Source: Octopus vulgaris (taxonomy: Eukaryota). Taken from it: DNA of 64,000 nucleotides. Within the stretch, counting starts at the first letter, position 1; every line of letters begins with the position of its first letter. The notes beneath the pieces were generated by a model. The model did no database searches. It saw only the letters and a list, made by a program, of their open reading frames with translations, and was not told the DNA's origin. Below, piece by piece: positions 1 to 12,505 of the stretch. A program made the translations under genes and the position numbers. Location of the stretch: contig OX597815.1 of assembly GCA_951406725.2 (NCBI GenBank), positions 104,966,001-105,030,000 of the forward strand, read 5' to 3'.

Positions 1-1528
1 GAATTGTTTCTGTTTTTAGATTCCACATTCTGGTTACGTCTATTTCCAGGTCTTTTAGAGACACGTTGTCATCTGCCGGTATTGATACATCAATTAGAAA
101 GCATTTTTTTCTTCATGATCTCTGACAACTATATCTGGTCTGTTGGTCTCAATTTCTCTATCTGTGTGTATCGGCATATCCCAGAGTATGGTTGCTTTCT
201 CGTTTTCTGTGACCTTTTCTGGTGTGTGCCTATACCATCTTTTTTCTGTTGTTATTCCATAATGTTGGCATAGCTTCCAGTGTATATAGGTTCCAACTCT
301 GTCATGTCTGTGAATATATTCCTTCTTAGCCCGGACTGGGCAGCCAGAGATAATATGATTTATTGTTTCTTGTCCATCTCCACATATTCTGCAGTTACTT
401 GTTATATTTCTTTTCATTACATGTTTTTGGTAATTTCTGGTGGGGAGGCTTTGGTTTTGTGCTGCAATTAAAAATCCCTCTGTCTCTGCTTTGAGTCCTG
501 AGCTTCTCAACCATTGCTGGGATTTTTCTTTGTCTATTTCTTTTGCGTTTAGTTTAGTCCAGTATTTACCATGAAGGGGCTTTTCTTGCCATCGTTTTAT
601 CATGGTTCGTTGCTGTTCTATTTTTAGTTTGGATTTCATTTGTTTTATAGCCTTTGTTGTTTCTTTATTTTCTTCTTCTTCTTCTTCTTCTTCTTCTTCT
701 TCTTCTTCTTCTTCTTCTTCTTCTTCTTCTTCTTCTTCTTCTTCTTCATATTAGGTGGTATGATTTCTTATTTGTATTTGTCAGCTTCCTTAAATATTGA
801 GAACAGTTTTTTGTTTTGCTCGTGTTTTGCCACTATTTGTATCAGTTTTCCTTCCTTCTGAAGTAGATATTTTTGCAGTCCTATGGTGGATATTTTATAG
901 TAGTTTTCCAGCTGTATATGGCCTCTACCACCGTCTATACGTTGTATATATAGTCTTTCTATGTCAGATTTTGGGTGATGCATCCTAGATCCTGTCATTA
1001 TTTTTCTTGTTTTCCTATCTATTTTGGTCAGTTCATTTAGTGTCCAGTTAAGGATATTGTAGCTGTAACTTATAACTGGGACAGCTAAAGTGTTAATACC
1101 TATTATCTTGTTTTTAGCATTGAGCTCTGTTTTTAGTATTGATCTAACTCGTCTATAATATTCTTTTTTATTTTCTCTTTCATTTGTGTGTGTTGTGTCT
1201 TATCTAGTTCATGGATTCCTAAGTATTTGTAAGTTTTGCTTTGGTCTACTTCTTTTATTTCATTGGTTTTATCTAGTGTGATGTTGCTACTCTTAACTAG
1301 TTTTCCTCTTTTCCTGGTTACTTTGGCGCATTTTTCTAATCCAAATTTCATATCTATTTCTTTGGTAAATCCATGAACTGTCTTTAATAGTGTTTCCAGC
1401 TGTTTGTCATTTGCAGCGTATAGTTTTAGGTCATCCATATATAAAAGGTGGCTGATCGTTTTGCCATAACATTTATATCCGCATCCAGTTCTATTTAACA
1501 TATCAGATAGAGGTGACAGTGCCAAGCA

Positions 1529-1530
<2 letters not shown>
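1..1530 (-). mobile_element. 5'-truncated, frameshifted R4/Dong-like non-LTR retrotransposon (RT C-terminus, CCHC knuckle, RLE); 3' end runs off the window
   Basis: ORF pieces 1133-1531 (SHLLYMDDLKLY, KFGLEKCAK, YKYLGI), 768-998 and 94-639 (CRICGDGQETINHIISGC, HRHD, ILWD, NRPDIV). The 5' end abuts (TAA)n at 1531. Confidence 0.9.
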
Positions 1531-1611
<81 letters not shown>

Positions 1612-1615
1612 TAAC

Positions 1616-1706
<91 letters not shown>

Positions 1707-1785
1707 AAGAAGAAGACGAAGAAGAAGAAGAAGAAGAAGAAGAAGAAGAAGAAGAAGAAGAAGAAGAAGAAGAAGAAGAAGAAGA
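1531..1785. repeat. Compound microsatellite (TTA)n / (TAA)n / (GAA)n
   Basis: Directly visible. Confidence 0.98.
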
Positions 1786-1892
1786 AATGCTTGGTTGCAG
1801 TACCTAAGAATGAAAGCTAAAGGTGATCTCGGCGGAAATTGAACATGCGTGTTAAGGATTCTTCTAGCTCGCTACCTTAATAATAATAGTAA

Positions 1893-2112
1893 TAACCCTT
1901 TCTACAAAAGACACAAAACCTGAAAGCTTGGCAGAGTGTGGTTAGTCAACTACATCTGCACCAGTACTTGACTAGTACTTATTTCAACGACCTCGAAAGG
2001 ATGAAAAAGCAAAGTCAACCTTGGTGGATTTTGAATTCAGAATGTTAAGACGGTCGAAATACCACTACGCATCTTCCCCGGTTCGTTGACGATTGTACCA
2101 GCTTGACGCCTT
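1893..2112 (-). mobile_element. tRNA-derived SINE (same family as 9200-9411), reverse orientation
   Basis: Reverse complement matches the family core ...ctgaattcaaaat...gactttgcttttcatcctttcgaggtcg...ataagtac... and ends gtagaaagggttatt. Confidence 0.75.
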
Positions 2113-2134
2113 AAAAATAATAATGATGACGACG

Positions 2135-2334
<200 letters not shown>

Positions 2335-2493
2335 CAGACTTCTCATCTTAACTGATGGGAAGTGCTATCATGTACATTGTTTTGTCTTGGTATAAAAGTT
2401 GAGCTACAGCAAATATTTTGCTCAATACTACAGATTTGCTTGACTGTTGTTTGACCTTAACCAGTTAAGCATGTCCCTTAGTGGCTGACGATA
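2335..2493. repeat. Fragment of the unclassified (TAA)n-associated repeat at 8543-9097, in opposite orientation
   Basis: Reverse complement aligns to about 8905-9065 and 10270-10430 (cttaactgat...tatcatgtacattgttttgtcttggtataaaag). Confidence 0.8.
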
Positions 2494-3139
2494 TTTTATT
2501 TTTATTTTTTTAATTTTATTTTATCTAGTTTCAGCTCACGAAACTGGGGCACCGAAAAAAAAAAGAATAAAGAAGCTGTGTTTCCTGAAAGTGGGGAGTA
2601 TGGTCTCATTAAATCTCCAGTATCCAGAGACAATAATGCTCTTAAAAGTTAAGGGAAACCGAAATCTAGTGGGAGTTTAGATTGACATTACACGCTTGTT
2701 CCCTTTTTGTCCCTATCAGAGTAAACATTCTATGTTGATGTAACACGTTCCTTTGATTTTCCATGTTTGGTTTCCATAAAAGAAGCACACCTATGGCATT
2801 TTGTGTTAAGGAATTGTGTGAATTTCTGCCGAGAAAAATAGAGTTGGACACGATATCTTACAGCGTTTGTCCTGTGAATCGACACATTAAATACTCTCCT
2901 CGATATAGTACTGTTATCGATTTCTCTTCTGTTCATATCATCGGTATATATGTTTTTCTTGTACGCAGGTTGAGTTTCGTGCAGCTTCGTTACATATATC
3001 CATACTTCTTGCACCACATGCTTTTCTTGTCTAAATTCATAAATTATTTATTTGAATACTTCACCCTCACTTTCCACGCCCTGTGTGTTTTTAACTACTA
3101 TATAGATACATACATACACATACCTATACACACACACAC

Positions 3140-3184
<45 letters not shown>

Positions 3185-3477
3185 TACTCATATATGTGTG
3201 TGTGTATATATATATAGGTAGGTAGGTAGGTATCTATCTATCTTGTATACTTTTTATCTACTATATAGATACATACATACATACATACCTATACACACAT
3301 AGATGCATATACTCGCACACATATAGATGTGAGTGCGTGTGTAGAAAGGTATGTATGTATCTATGTATCTATATAGTAGTTAAAAACACACAGGACGTGG
3401 AAGGCGATGGGGAAGTATTCAAATAAATAATTTATGAATTTAGACAAGTAAAACACGCGGTGCAAGAAGCATGGATC

Positions 3478-3762
3478 GTCGTTAGATGACATATGACGGT
3501 TCCGCAATTTCTCACCGAATAACCACACTGATGATTTGTTTATAATGATCAAATGTTTGTGTGTAGATAAGCTAGCTCGAACCATCAGATCGACATTACC
3601 TGCACTGGTGCAACGGGTGCCAACTGTCGAAATGATCGCAGAGCAACGTGAAAATGAAGTGCTATGCTCAAGAACAAAACGCAACGTCTGGGCTGGGATC
3701 GAACCCATGATCTCGCAATCGTGAGTGCAACACCTTAACCACTAAGCCATGCGACTTCACAG
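3478..3762 (-). mobile_element. tRNA-derived SINE with A and B boxes
   Basis: Minus strand: TGGCTTAGTGG (A box) ... GGTTCGATCCC (B box), followed by a non-tRNA body. Confidence 0.75.
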
Positions 3763-3793
3763 TAAATACACACACACACACACGCACCAATGC

Positions 3794-3855
<62 letters not shown>

Positions 3856-4087
3856 TATAATGCGTGTATGAGCGCGCGTGTGTGTGTTTAAGTATATGGA
3901 TATCTCCGAATATGCACGGGTATGTCTGAATGTTTGTATATGGTATGTACAAGGATGTGGAGATATCGATCCACGCTTTCTACCCTGAATATTAAAAAAA
4001 TACCTTGATTCAAACGTATCCTACAATACTTAGGTAGACAGATATGTCTTATGTACCTGTGTGCATATATATATAAGTACATATATA

Positions 4088-5248
4088 CAATGTGCGATGG
4101 GTAAATTGTCGGCATTTCATACTTTTAATTAAGCGCATGCGCATTGTTTGTTTTTGATTTTGTCGACTACATAGTACAGTAGGGTCAGTTGGGTATCATC
4201 CGTGAGAAAAACAGCACCATGACGCAATTCATTCTGTCAGAAATTTGGAAATGATATGCTGTACTGCATGACATTCGCGCCGGAAGCTCCAATTCGAACA
4301 TTTCAGAGTATTTGATGTCAGTCTGATGACAGTGCAGAGTTGGATGAGTATAATGAGGATTACGAAGGTACGGCACCTCGGATAACTCACTCTGATCGTT
4401 CTGATAAGAAAAGAACTCCTGAATCTGTTGGTGACATCAAGGCCATGATTGACAACAATCCCTCCAAGTCAATCAGGTCCATCACCAGGCACACCCCAAG
4501 CCATCAAGGAAAGACCGCGCTTCGAAGCTTCCGAACAAACTGAAGCATCTCCTCCAACTGAAGACGCTTTGGTGTTTCTCAGGATCACATGGTGAACACA
4601 TGGAACAACCGTTCGCTTGCCGCGTCCTCAAAACATGCACCGAGAGTGATAAAAATCAAACATTAAGTCAATATCATGGTGTTTAGAGTGATCACTAGTA
4701 ATGGCGATGTTATGCCTCCATTCATCTTCCCACACAGCCTTAGAATAAACATGGAGGCCTACATTAAGTATCTGGAGGAGGTAGAGCTAACCTGGGTCGA
4801 GAGGATGGCTACTGGAAGACCGTATGTCTCGCAAAAGGACTCTGCACCATGCCACACAGGCAAGACACTTCAATTATGGCTGTCAGACAAGTTATGCGAC
4901 CACATCACCCCTAACATCTGCCCACCTTACTCCCTTGATTATTGTGTGTGCAGCACAGTTGAGCGAGAGACCAACAAAACTCTTTGTAACACTAAAGATG
5001 AACTAAAGGCAAGGATTATGGCAGCATTTACCAACTTAAACAAGGAGACCATCCAGAAGAGTTGCAGGAGATTTCGAAGTCGTCTAAAGGTCGTGGTTGA
5101 AACTAATAGCGATTTTATTGAATAAATTTACTTTTTAGTATTTCAAGATATTTTTATAAAATTTTGGTAAATATATCTGTTAAAATGAGATGTCAGTATT
5201 ATTTTCATTTTTGCCGAATTTAGGAGACAATTTATTCACCGCACCCTG
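4088..5248 (+). mobile_element. Degenerate Tc1/mariner DNA transposon, DD37D (maT-like) type
   Basis: TA at both ends. Imperfect TIRs caatgtgcgatgggtaaattgtc / gacaatttattcaccgcaccctg. ORF 4676-5125 has MVFRVITSNG..MPPFIF, KDSAPCHT, PPYS-LDY; spacing is D37D if the missing 5-residue PDxNP is restored. Confidence 0.85.
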
Positions 5249-5250
5249 TA

Positions 5251-5375
5251 AATATTGTTGGCGATTCTTCCTTATTTTCCCTCCTCTTTCCGACGAAGAG
5301 CTATCCTCGAAACGTTGACAACTCTCTCCTTTCACCGAGCGTAAAATTAATATATTGCTCGTGTTTTTTTTTCTC
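5251..5375 (+). mobile_element. Degenerate copy of the short minimal-hammerhead element family (see 34686, 42964, 59690)
   Basis: gttggcgattc...tttCCGACGAagagctatcctcGAAAcgtt; similar to 59845-59960. Confidence 0.55.
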
Positions 5376-5881
5376 TGATTTTAATAAGGATATGTATCTA
5401 TCTCGTTTTCTCTGTATGTCTGTGGGTATCTCGGGTAGTAAACTTAATTTATCGACTTGATTAACACCATCACCCGGCATCTCGAGTGCCTATAGTGGAG
5501 TCCTCTCTATTGTAAACATTTGGGCACGCTTTCTGGTTCGGGGGTACATTCCTACGTAACTCCCTTCTTACTAGTATCACAATCGCTGCACTTCCTGGCC
5601 TCTTAACAAAACAAAAAACATTTACATATATGGCGAGTTAATGTGTCTTTATGTACTTGTGTGTGTGTATGCGCGCATGCGCATTCGTCTACGTATGGGT
5701 ATGCATCCGAGTATTAGTATCATACTGTAATTTATTACTTAGTTCAAAGTTATTACTAAGTTCAAAGAAGGTATTTAAGTTAGATTGGAGATCAGTATCG
5801 TACGAACTGATTCGGACAGATAACTTATTAAGTAAACAAGTTTAGAGTGTGTTGTTTGTTTGCATGTGTGTGCGCGTGTGA

Positions 5882-6018
<137 letters not shown>

Positions 6019-6054
6019 TATGTATGCATGTATGTGTGTATGAATATGTATATA

Positions 6055-6096
<42 letters not shown>

Positions 6097-6719
6097 TATA
6101 TACATATTCATACACACATACATGCATACACACGCAAACACACAAACACACACACACACACGCATGCATATATATATATATATATTAACACATGCATATT
6201 TATGTGTGCGTGTGTATATATATATATAAGGATGCTTGCCCAGTAGTGTATGTGTATAGTTCAGTGCTTTATTACTCAGTTCAAAAGTTATTTAAACTAG
6301 AGGGAAGAGCAATAAAACTACATATACATTAAGGCAAATAATTCACAAAATATACCAGGATTCCAAATTTAGAATATAATATTGTGTGTGTATACATAAT
6401 ACATTTGCATGTGTTTATATGTATATATACATATACATATATACACAGACATATATATATACATATACATATATATACATGTATATATATAGATATATAT
6501 ATATATACATGTATATATACATATACATATATATACATATATATATACATATATATATAGATGTATATATACATATATATACATATATGCATATATATAC
6601 ATGTATATATTTATTTATATACATATATATACATATATACACAGATATGTATATATTTGCATACTTACATATACAGACACACACACACATATATATGTGT
6701 ATGAGTATGTGTATATATA

Positions 6720-6760
<41 letters not shown>

Positions 6761-7190
6761 TAAATTTGGATTCTTGTATATTTAATGATTTATTTGTATT
6801 AATCTGTATGTACTTTACTGCTCTACGTTCTAGTTTAAATACACTTCTTTGAACTTAGCAATAAAGTTCTATACGATGGTTTTACTGATGAACATTCTGC
6901 TAATTTTGATGGTGGTGTTCGTGGTGTTGATGTTGGTTGTAATAGCAGTATTTGGGTGAGACTCTTTTGTTAGTGATATTTATTGAGCTACATGTGCCTG
7001 GAAAAGAAACTTGCAACTTTACTTAATGGGTAGTTTTCTCCACTTCTGCATACATTTCTACCCATTCCTCCTCCAATCCTATCTTTACGCTTACTTTCTT
7101 CTTTCGGCAGAGCAACATCTTTCATATCGTCTGCTGCATCTATCAAAACTACAACATGAGAAATAACAACACAAACAAGAGCAACACTTA

Positions 7191-7268
<78 letters not shown>

Positions 7269-8164
7269 TACTACTACTGCTACTGCAGCTGCAGCTGCTT
7301 CTGTTGTTAATACAAATACTCCTACTGCTGCTACTGCTACTACTGCCACTACAGTTGTTTACTTTCATAAATTTTATGATGTAGATCATCAACTTTTTCA
7401 TTATCACGATTATCATCATTATCTTCCCCCCTCACCATCGCAACAACCTCCATCACTGCCACGGCCACCACTATCACGACCAACACTACCACCACCACTA
7501 TCACCATCATCAACAACATCAACATCTTCATCATCTTCAATAAAATTATGCTCATCATCATCAACATTGTTCGGTCATGGGAATAAGAGTGATTTTTGGT
7601 CTAATGACGATAATGATGATAATGATGTTGATGATGATAATGGAGATTATGAAGATGATGATCTTGATGATTATCATGATGATGAGGAGGAGGAAGAGGG
7701 GGAGGGGCAACGACGACGGTGATGAGAAAGGTACAAGAAAGGAGTAGATTGATGAAACACAAGGAATTAGGTAGAGGCGGTAGTCATAATAGTGTTGATA
7801 ACAATATTGCTCGTGATTGGACAATGAGGATGACGATTAAGAAACGAGTTTATAGCATTGAAAAATTTATTTGCAATATTTGTTCTTAGCTTTTATCTTC
7901 TGCGTTCAAATTTCTCTGAACTCAACCTCGTCTTGCATTTTATTAGGGTCAATGTAATTGACGTAAACCTCTACTCAAAATATCTGGCCTGATGCCAAAA
8001 TATGAAACAGTTTAACCGAAGTCAGCTTTGCCCTTCATCGTTTCGAGGTCGATAAAATAAGTATCAGTCAAGTAATCGACTCTGCCGCTCCCACTCAAAT
8101 TAGCCTTGTGCCGAAATTTTGTGACAAACATTGTTGTTGTTGTTAACATTATTATTAGAAAATA

Positions 8165-8481
8165 CGAAGAGCGCGGTGCGATTGCAATGGATATTGTATT
8201 GGGCTGAGCCATATTTCGACAGGTTGCCTCTCTTTGTCGAGTTCAGAATGAAAAGCGATTCACAGAAATTTAAAATTATAGAAATTCAAATTCAAAACTT
8301 TGAACGAAGGCAATCTACGTTCCCACGTTGATGGAATGACATCATCAGTCTTGAATTTGAAATTCTATAATTTTGAATTTCTATGTACCACTCTTTACTT
8401 TGAACTCGACAAAGACAGGCAGGTTGTTGAAATATCGTTCAAACCAATAAAATATCTATTGCAATCGCATCGCGCTCTTTG
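8165..8481. mobile_element. Fold-back MITE with inverted arms of about 130 bp
   Basis: Ends cgaagagcgcggtgcgattgcaat / attgcaatcgcatcgcgctctttg. Inverted similarity continues inward to about 8300/8350. TA on the left flank. Confidence 0.75.
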
Positions 8482-8542
8482 CATTGTTTATTTTGCCTTT
8501 TTGAGGAGTTACGTCAATCCTTTATAAATTATTATTATTATT

Positions 8543-9097
8543 GAGTGAGAGAGCAGTGCATGCCCTCAAAGTGACACTGGGGGAAAATATACGAAGCCCA
8601 GAATACCCATCATGACTACCCATCTGATAAAGGTATACCAGGCACATGTATCACAACCATATGTGCAGGAGACAGTGATCTCATATCAAGATGAACGGTG
8701 CATAATCTAGTGGTTGGGGCTCAGTTAGAATTTTCTTCTAGTCGAGTAACCCACCCCGCTCAGAAGTTCCTTGAATGACAGTTGTTTAAGGATGTTGAAT
8801 GAACCACCCATGTTTCCAAAGGTAAATTGTCCAAATCCCAAAGAATTCTTCTCAACACACGGCTATGCTGCTCCCCCACTACTTCTGCTCGTGATCAGAA
8901 ATGCACATATCGACAGCCACCAAGGAATATACTCAACTGGTTAAGGTTAAGCAACTGACAAGCAAATATATGGCATTGAGCAGACTTTTTGCTGTAGCCC
9001 ATCTTTTATAGCAAGACAAAAAATGTACATGATAATACTTCCAATCAGTTAAGATCAGAAGCCATGAGAGACATTGCCTGGTGCTGCAACAGGGCAT
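8543..9097. repeat. Unclassified ~550-bp interspersed element flanked by (ATT)n/(GTT)n; further partial copies at 2335 and 10268
   Basis: Three copies in the window, each next to a TAA-type microsatellite in the same relative orientation. Confidence 0.65.
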
Positions 9098-9161
9098 TTG
9101 TTGTTGTTGTTGTTGTTGTTATTATTATTATAATAATTATTATTATTATTATTATTATTAT

Positions 9162-9196
<35 letters not shown>

Positions 9197-9199
9197 TAA

Positions 9200-9411
9200 A
9201 TGCGGTGAACCGGCAAAGCCGTTAGCACGCTGGACGAAATGCTTAGCGATATTCCGCCCGTCCTTACGTTCTAAGTTCAAATTCCGTCGAGGTCGACTTT
9301 ACCTTTCATCATTTCGGGGTCGATAAAATTAGTACTAGTTACACACTGGAGTCGACGTAATCCACATAATCCCTTCCCTTAATTTGAGGCCTTTTGCTTC
9401 CAGTAGAAAGG
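9200..9411 (+). mobile_element. tRNA-derived SINE with (ATT)n tail
   Basis: Head gcggtgaaccggcaaagccgttagcac, B-box-like gttcaaattcc, core gtcgactttacctttcatcatttcggggtcgataaa, end gtagaaaggattatt. About 10 copies in the window. Confidence 0.8.
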
Positions 9412-9461
<50 letters not shown>

Positions 9462-9472
9462 CATTATTATCG

Positions 9473-9507
<35 letters not shown>

Positions 9508-9527
9508 GTTATTATGATTATTATTAA

Positions 9528-9728
9528 AAGCGGTGAGCTGGCAGAATCGTTAGTGCGCTGGGCGTAATGCTTAGCGGTATTTCGACCGTCGCTACGTTCT
9601 GGGTTCAAATTACGATTTTGCCTTCATCCTTTTGCGGTCGATAATTCAAGTACCAGTAAAACAATGGAGTGGATGTAATCGACTATCCCCTTCCCCAAAA
9701 TTCAGCTTTTGTATCTATAGTAGAAAGG

Positions 9729-9730
<2 letters not shown>
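9528..9730 (+). mobile_element. tRNA-derived SINE with (ATT)n tail, second tandem copy
   Basis: gcggtgagctggcagaatcgttag...gggttcaaat...gtagaaaggattatt. Confidence 0.8.
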
Positions 9731-9776
<46 letters not shown>

Positions 9777-9778
9777 GA

Positions 9779-10268
9779 AGACGTCGCACAATATCCAATA
9801 TTAAGATATTGCAAATTGAAGATATTGTGTGTACCGGGGATGTGTACAGTCTGTCACGTGACAAAGGCCTCAGACAAATACAACTTTACACAGTATGTGT
9901 GCAGTTCCAAGCAAAGCCGATTTTTGCAAAACTCCTAGATTGTAGGTTTTTTGTAAAATGTCCAGATGTTGCTTCAGGTTGGGCGATACTGAAACTAAAG
10001 CTCCGATGACAACAGGAACAGCCTTTATGTTTGGTGTTCTCGATTCGCAGGTCTCCATATGTTTCAAACTTTTCTCTTTCTTTCATGATTACATGTTGAT
10101 CTCCTGTTACTGCCAAGTCGATTACTAGGCACTACTGTTTGTCCTTCTATGTTTACTATATCCGGCTGTCGGTGCTCCAATACATTGTCTGTCTGAAAGT
10201 CAAAATCCCAAAGGATCTTTGCCTTCCAGTTTTTGTCCATTACCTTTTCCGGTGTATCTAGAAACCAA
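9779..10268 (-). mobile_element. R4/Dong-like 3' fragment (RLE domain and 3' UTR), subfamily shared with 10622-11860
   Basis: KEREKFETYGDLRIE and VPVVIGAL...LQKSALLGTAHIL. 3' UTR similar to 10622-10720 and ends in (TAA)n. Confidence 0.8.
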
Positions 10269-10566
10269 GCACATATCGACAGCCACCAAGGGACATACTC
10301 AACTGGTTAAGGTCAAGCAACTGACAAGCAAATATATGGTATTGAGCCGAATTTTTGCTGCAGCCCATCTTTTATACCAAGACAAAACAATGTACATGAT
10401 AACACTTCCAATCAGTTAAGATCAGGAGCCATGAGAGCCACTGTCTGGTACTGCATTATTATTATTATTATAATTATAATTATAATTATAATTATTATTA
10501 TTATTATTATTATTATCATCATCATCATGATTATTATTATTATTATTATCATTATTATTATTATTA

Positions 10567-10609
<43 letters not shown>

Positions 10610-10621
10610 CATTATTATTAT

Positions 10622-11860
10622 AGACGTTACACAGTATATAATATTGTGATGTTGATTGAAGATATTGTGTCTACCGGGAGTTTGTACTGTTTGTCAAGAC
10701 ACAACAAGGACCTCAGACAGTTCATTAAGCAATATGCGTGCCGTTCCAAGTAATGACGACTTTTGCAATACACCTAGATTGTTGGGTTTTTCTAAAATTT
10801 TCGAATGCTTTTTTCTTTCAGATTGGGTCGTACTGAACCCAAATCTCCACTGACAATAGGGATAACTTTTATATTTGACTCTCGGACCTGCCACATTTTA
10901 GCGATCTCAATTCTCAGGTTTCCATATTTATCAATTTTTTCTCTTTCTTTCGTGAAGATGTTGATCTCCTGTCACTACAACGTCAGTTATTAGGCACTTT
11001 TGTTTTTCCCTCCTAAAGGTTACTATGTCCGGCTCTCTGTGCCATAATACCTTGTCTGTCTGTCTGGAAATCATAGTCCCAGAGGATTTTTGCCTTCCCC
11101 TTTTCGACCATTACCTTTTCCGGTGTATGTTGGTACCAAGCACCCGTAGCCTCATATCTGTACTTACAGCATAGTAACCAGTGGCGGGTTTGGGTTACCT
11201 TGTCATGTCTACGCTTGTACTCTCTCTGCTCAAAACTTTCACAAGAACTAACAATGTGAGTCACGCTTTCGACCCTCTTCCCACACATTCTGCAGAGGCC
11301 TGTTGCACTTGTGTGGTATATATATTTTTTCGCTGCGTTGGTATTCAATGCCTGGTCCTGGGCAGCGATGATTAGGTTTTTAGTATTCTTTTTAAGGTCA
11401 CTTTTCTGAAGCCACCACCATAATGCTTCCTGGTCTTTTAATTTGCTGGTTTCACAGTGAAACTGACCATGTAATTCCGTGGAGAGTAGGGTTTCTTCTT
11501 CTTCGTTCACTGTTCTTGATCGGAATTTATGAGCACTTTCAGATCCATTTTTATTACATCCATCTGCATTAGCAGCATTTTGCAGGAGGTCTTGTTTGCT
11601 GTTTACCAAATATTCTGCCATGTTTCTTCGTTCGCTTTTGATGCACTTCCGTACGCTAATCAGCTCACGTCCGCCTTTACCCCTCTTCATGTATTCGCCT
11701 TAGGGTGGAGGGTACCATATATTGTCATTGTCTTTCGGGTAATGCGATCGAGTTGTTTAATCTCCGCTAATGTCTATTTCAGGATGGGTGCACTATAGCG
11801 GACTACAGCAACAGCCCATATGTTGATGGTAGCTACAAGGTTCCTTGAGTTGAGTTAGAC
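10622..11860 (-). mobile_element. Degenerate 5'-truncated R4/Dong-like retrotransposon
   Basis: ORF 11013-11690: RGKGGREL, LHGQF, LIIAAQDQAL, CRMCGKRVESVTHIVSSC, RRHD, KILWD. ORF 10694-10894: LQKSSLLGTARIL. Confidence 0.88.
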
Positions 11861-11867
11861 AATATCA

Positions 11868-12480
11868 GTTGTTCAGAGCCAGCAGACGAAGGTGGCACTT
11901 ATTTACAGGTCATACTTCAAGAACTCTGCGAAGAGTTCTTGCAGTTCCCAGCAATGCAGATTTTTGCAGGTGTTCTGCCTTTGCATTTGTACCAATCATT
12001 TTGCTCCATGGCTGTTGGGTGCTGATACTTCCTAGTGCGCAAATTATTATTGCTACCATGTCTACTCCCCCCATTGACTATAACCTTCGTTCCCACTTCA
12101 AATCTTCATAGTTGTTCCTTTTTCTTCTTTCTTTTTGATCCTGTTGTCACCGGGACATGCTATGTAGATTATCAGCCATGTTGTTGTTTTTTTTGTTTTT
12201 TTTTCCACCACAACAATGTCCGGTTTCCGATGTCTGGTCGGGTGATTGCACAGTATTTTGCAATTCCCATTCTCGGTGACTCCTGGGGTTTTCTCATACC
12301 ATATCTTTGCTCTTTGTAGGCCGTGATTTCCAGAGAGCTCCCAATAGATCATTCTTGCCACATTGTTATGTCGTGTTTTGCTTCAGCATTATGCCAACTT
12401 CGGGCATTCGCGAACGATATGCCATACCGTTTCATCCATCTCACCACAGATTCTGCATCTGTCACTGTCAGTAGTGTTGT
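11868..12480 (-). mobile_element. Degenerate R4/Dong-like 3' fragment of a different subfamily
   Basis: ORF 12098-12361: ARMIYWEL..WYEKTPGVTEN..KIL..RKPDIVV. Knuckle remnant near 12400-12460. Confidence 0.8.
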
Positions 12481-12505
12481 TTTATTATTATTATTATTAT
12501 TATTA

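Noticed and set aside
3690-3762. Possible tRNA genes (also at 30813 and 36103)
   Set aside because: A and B boxes are present, but there is no complete cloverleaf and each continues into a SINE body.
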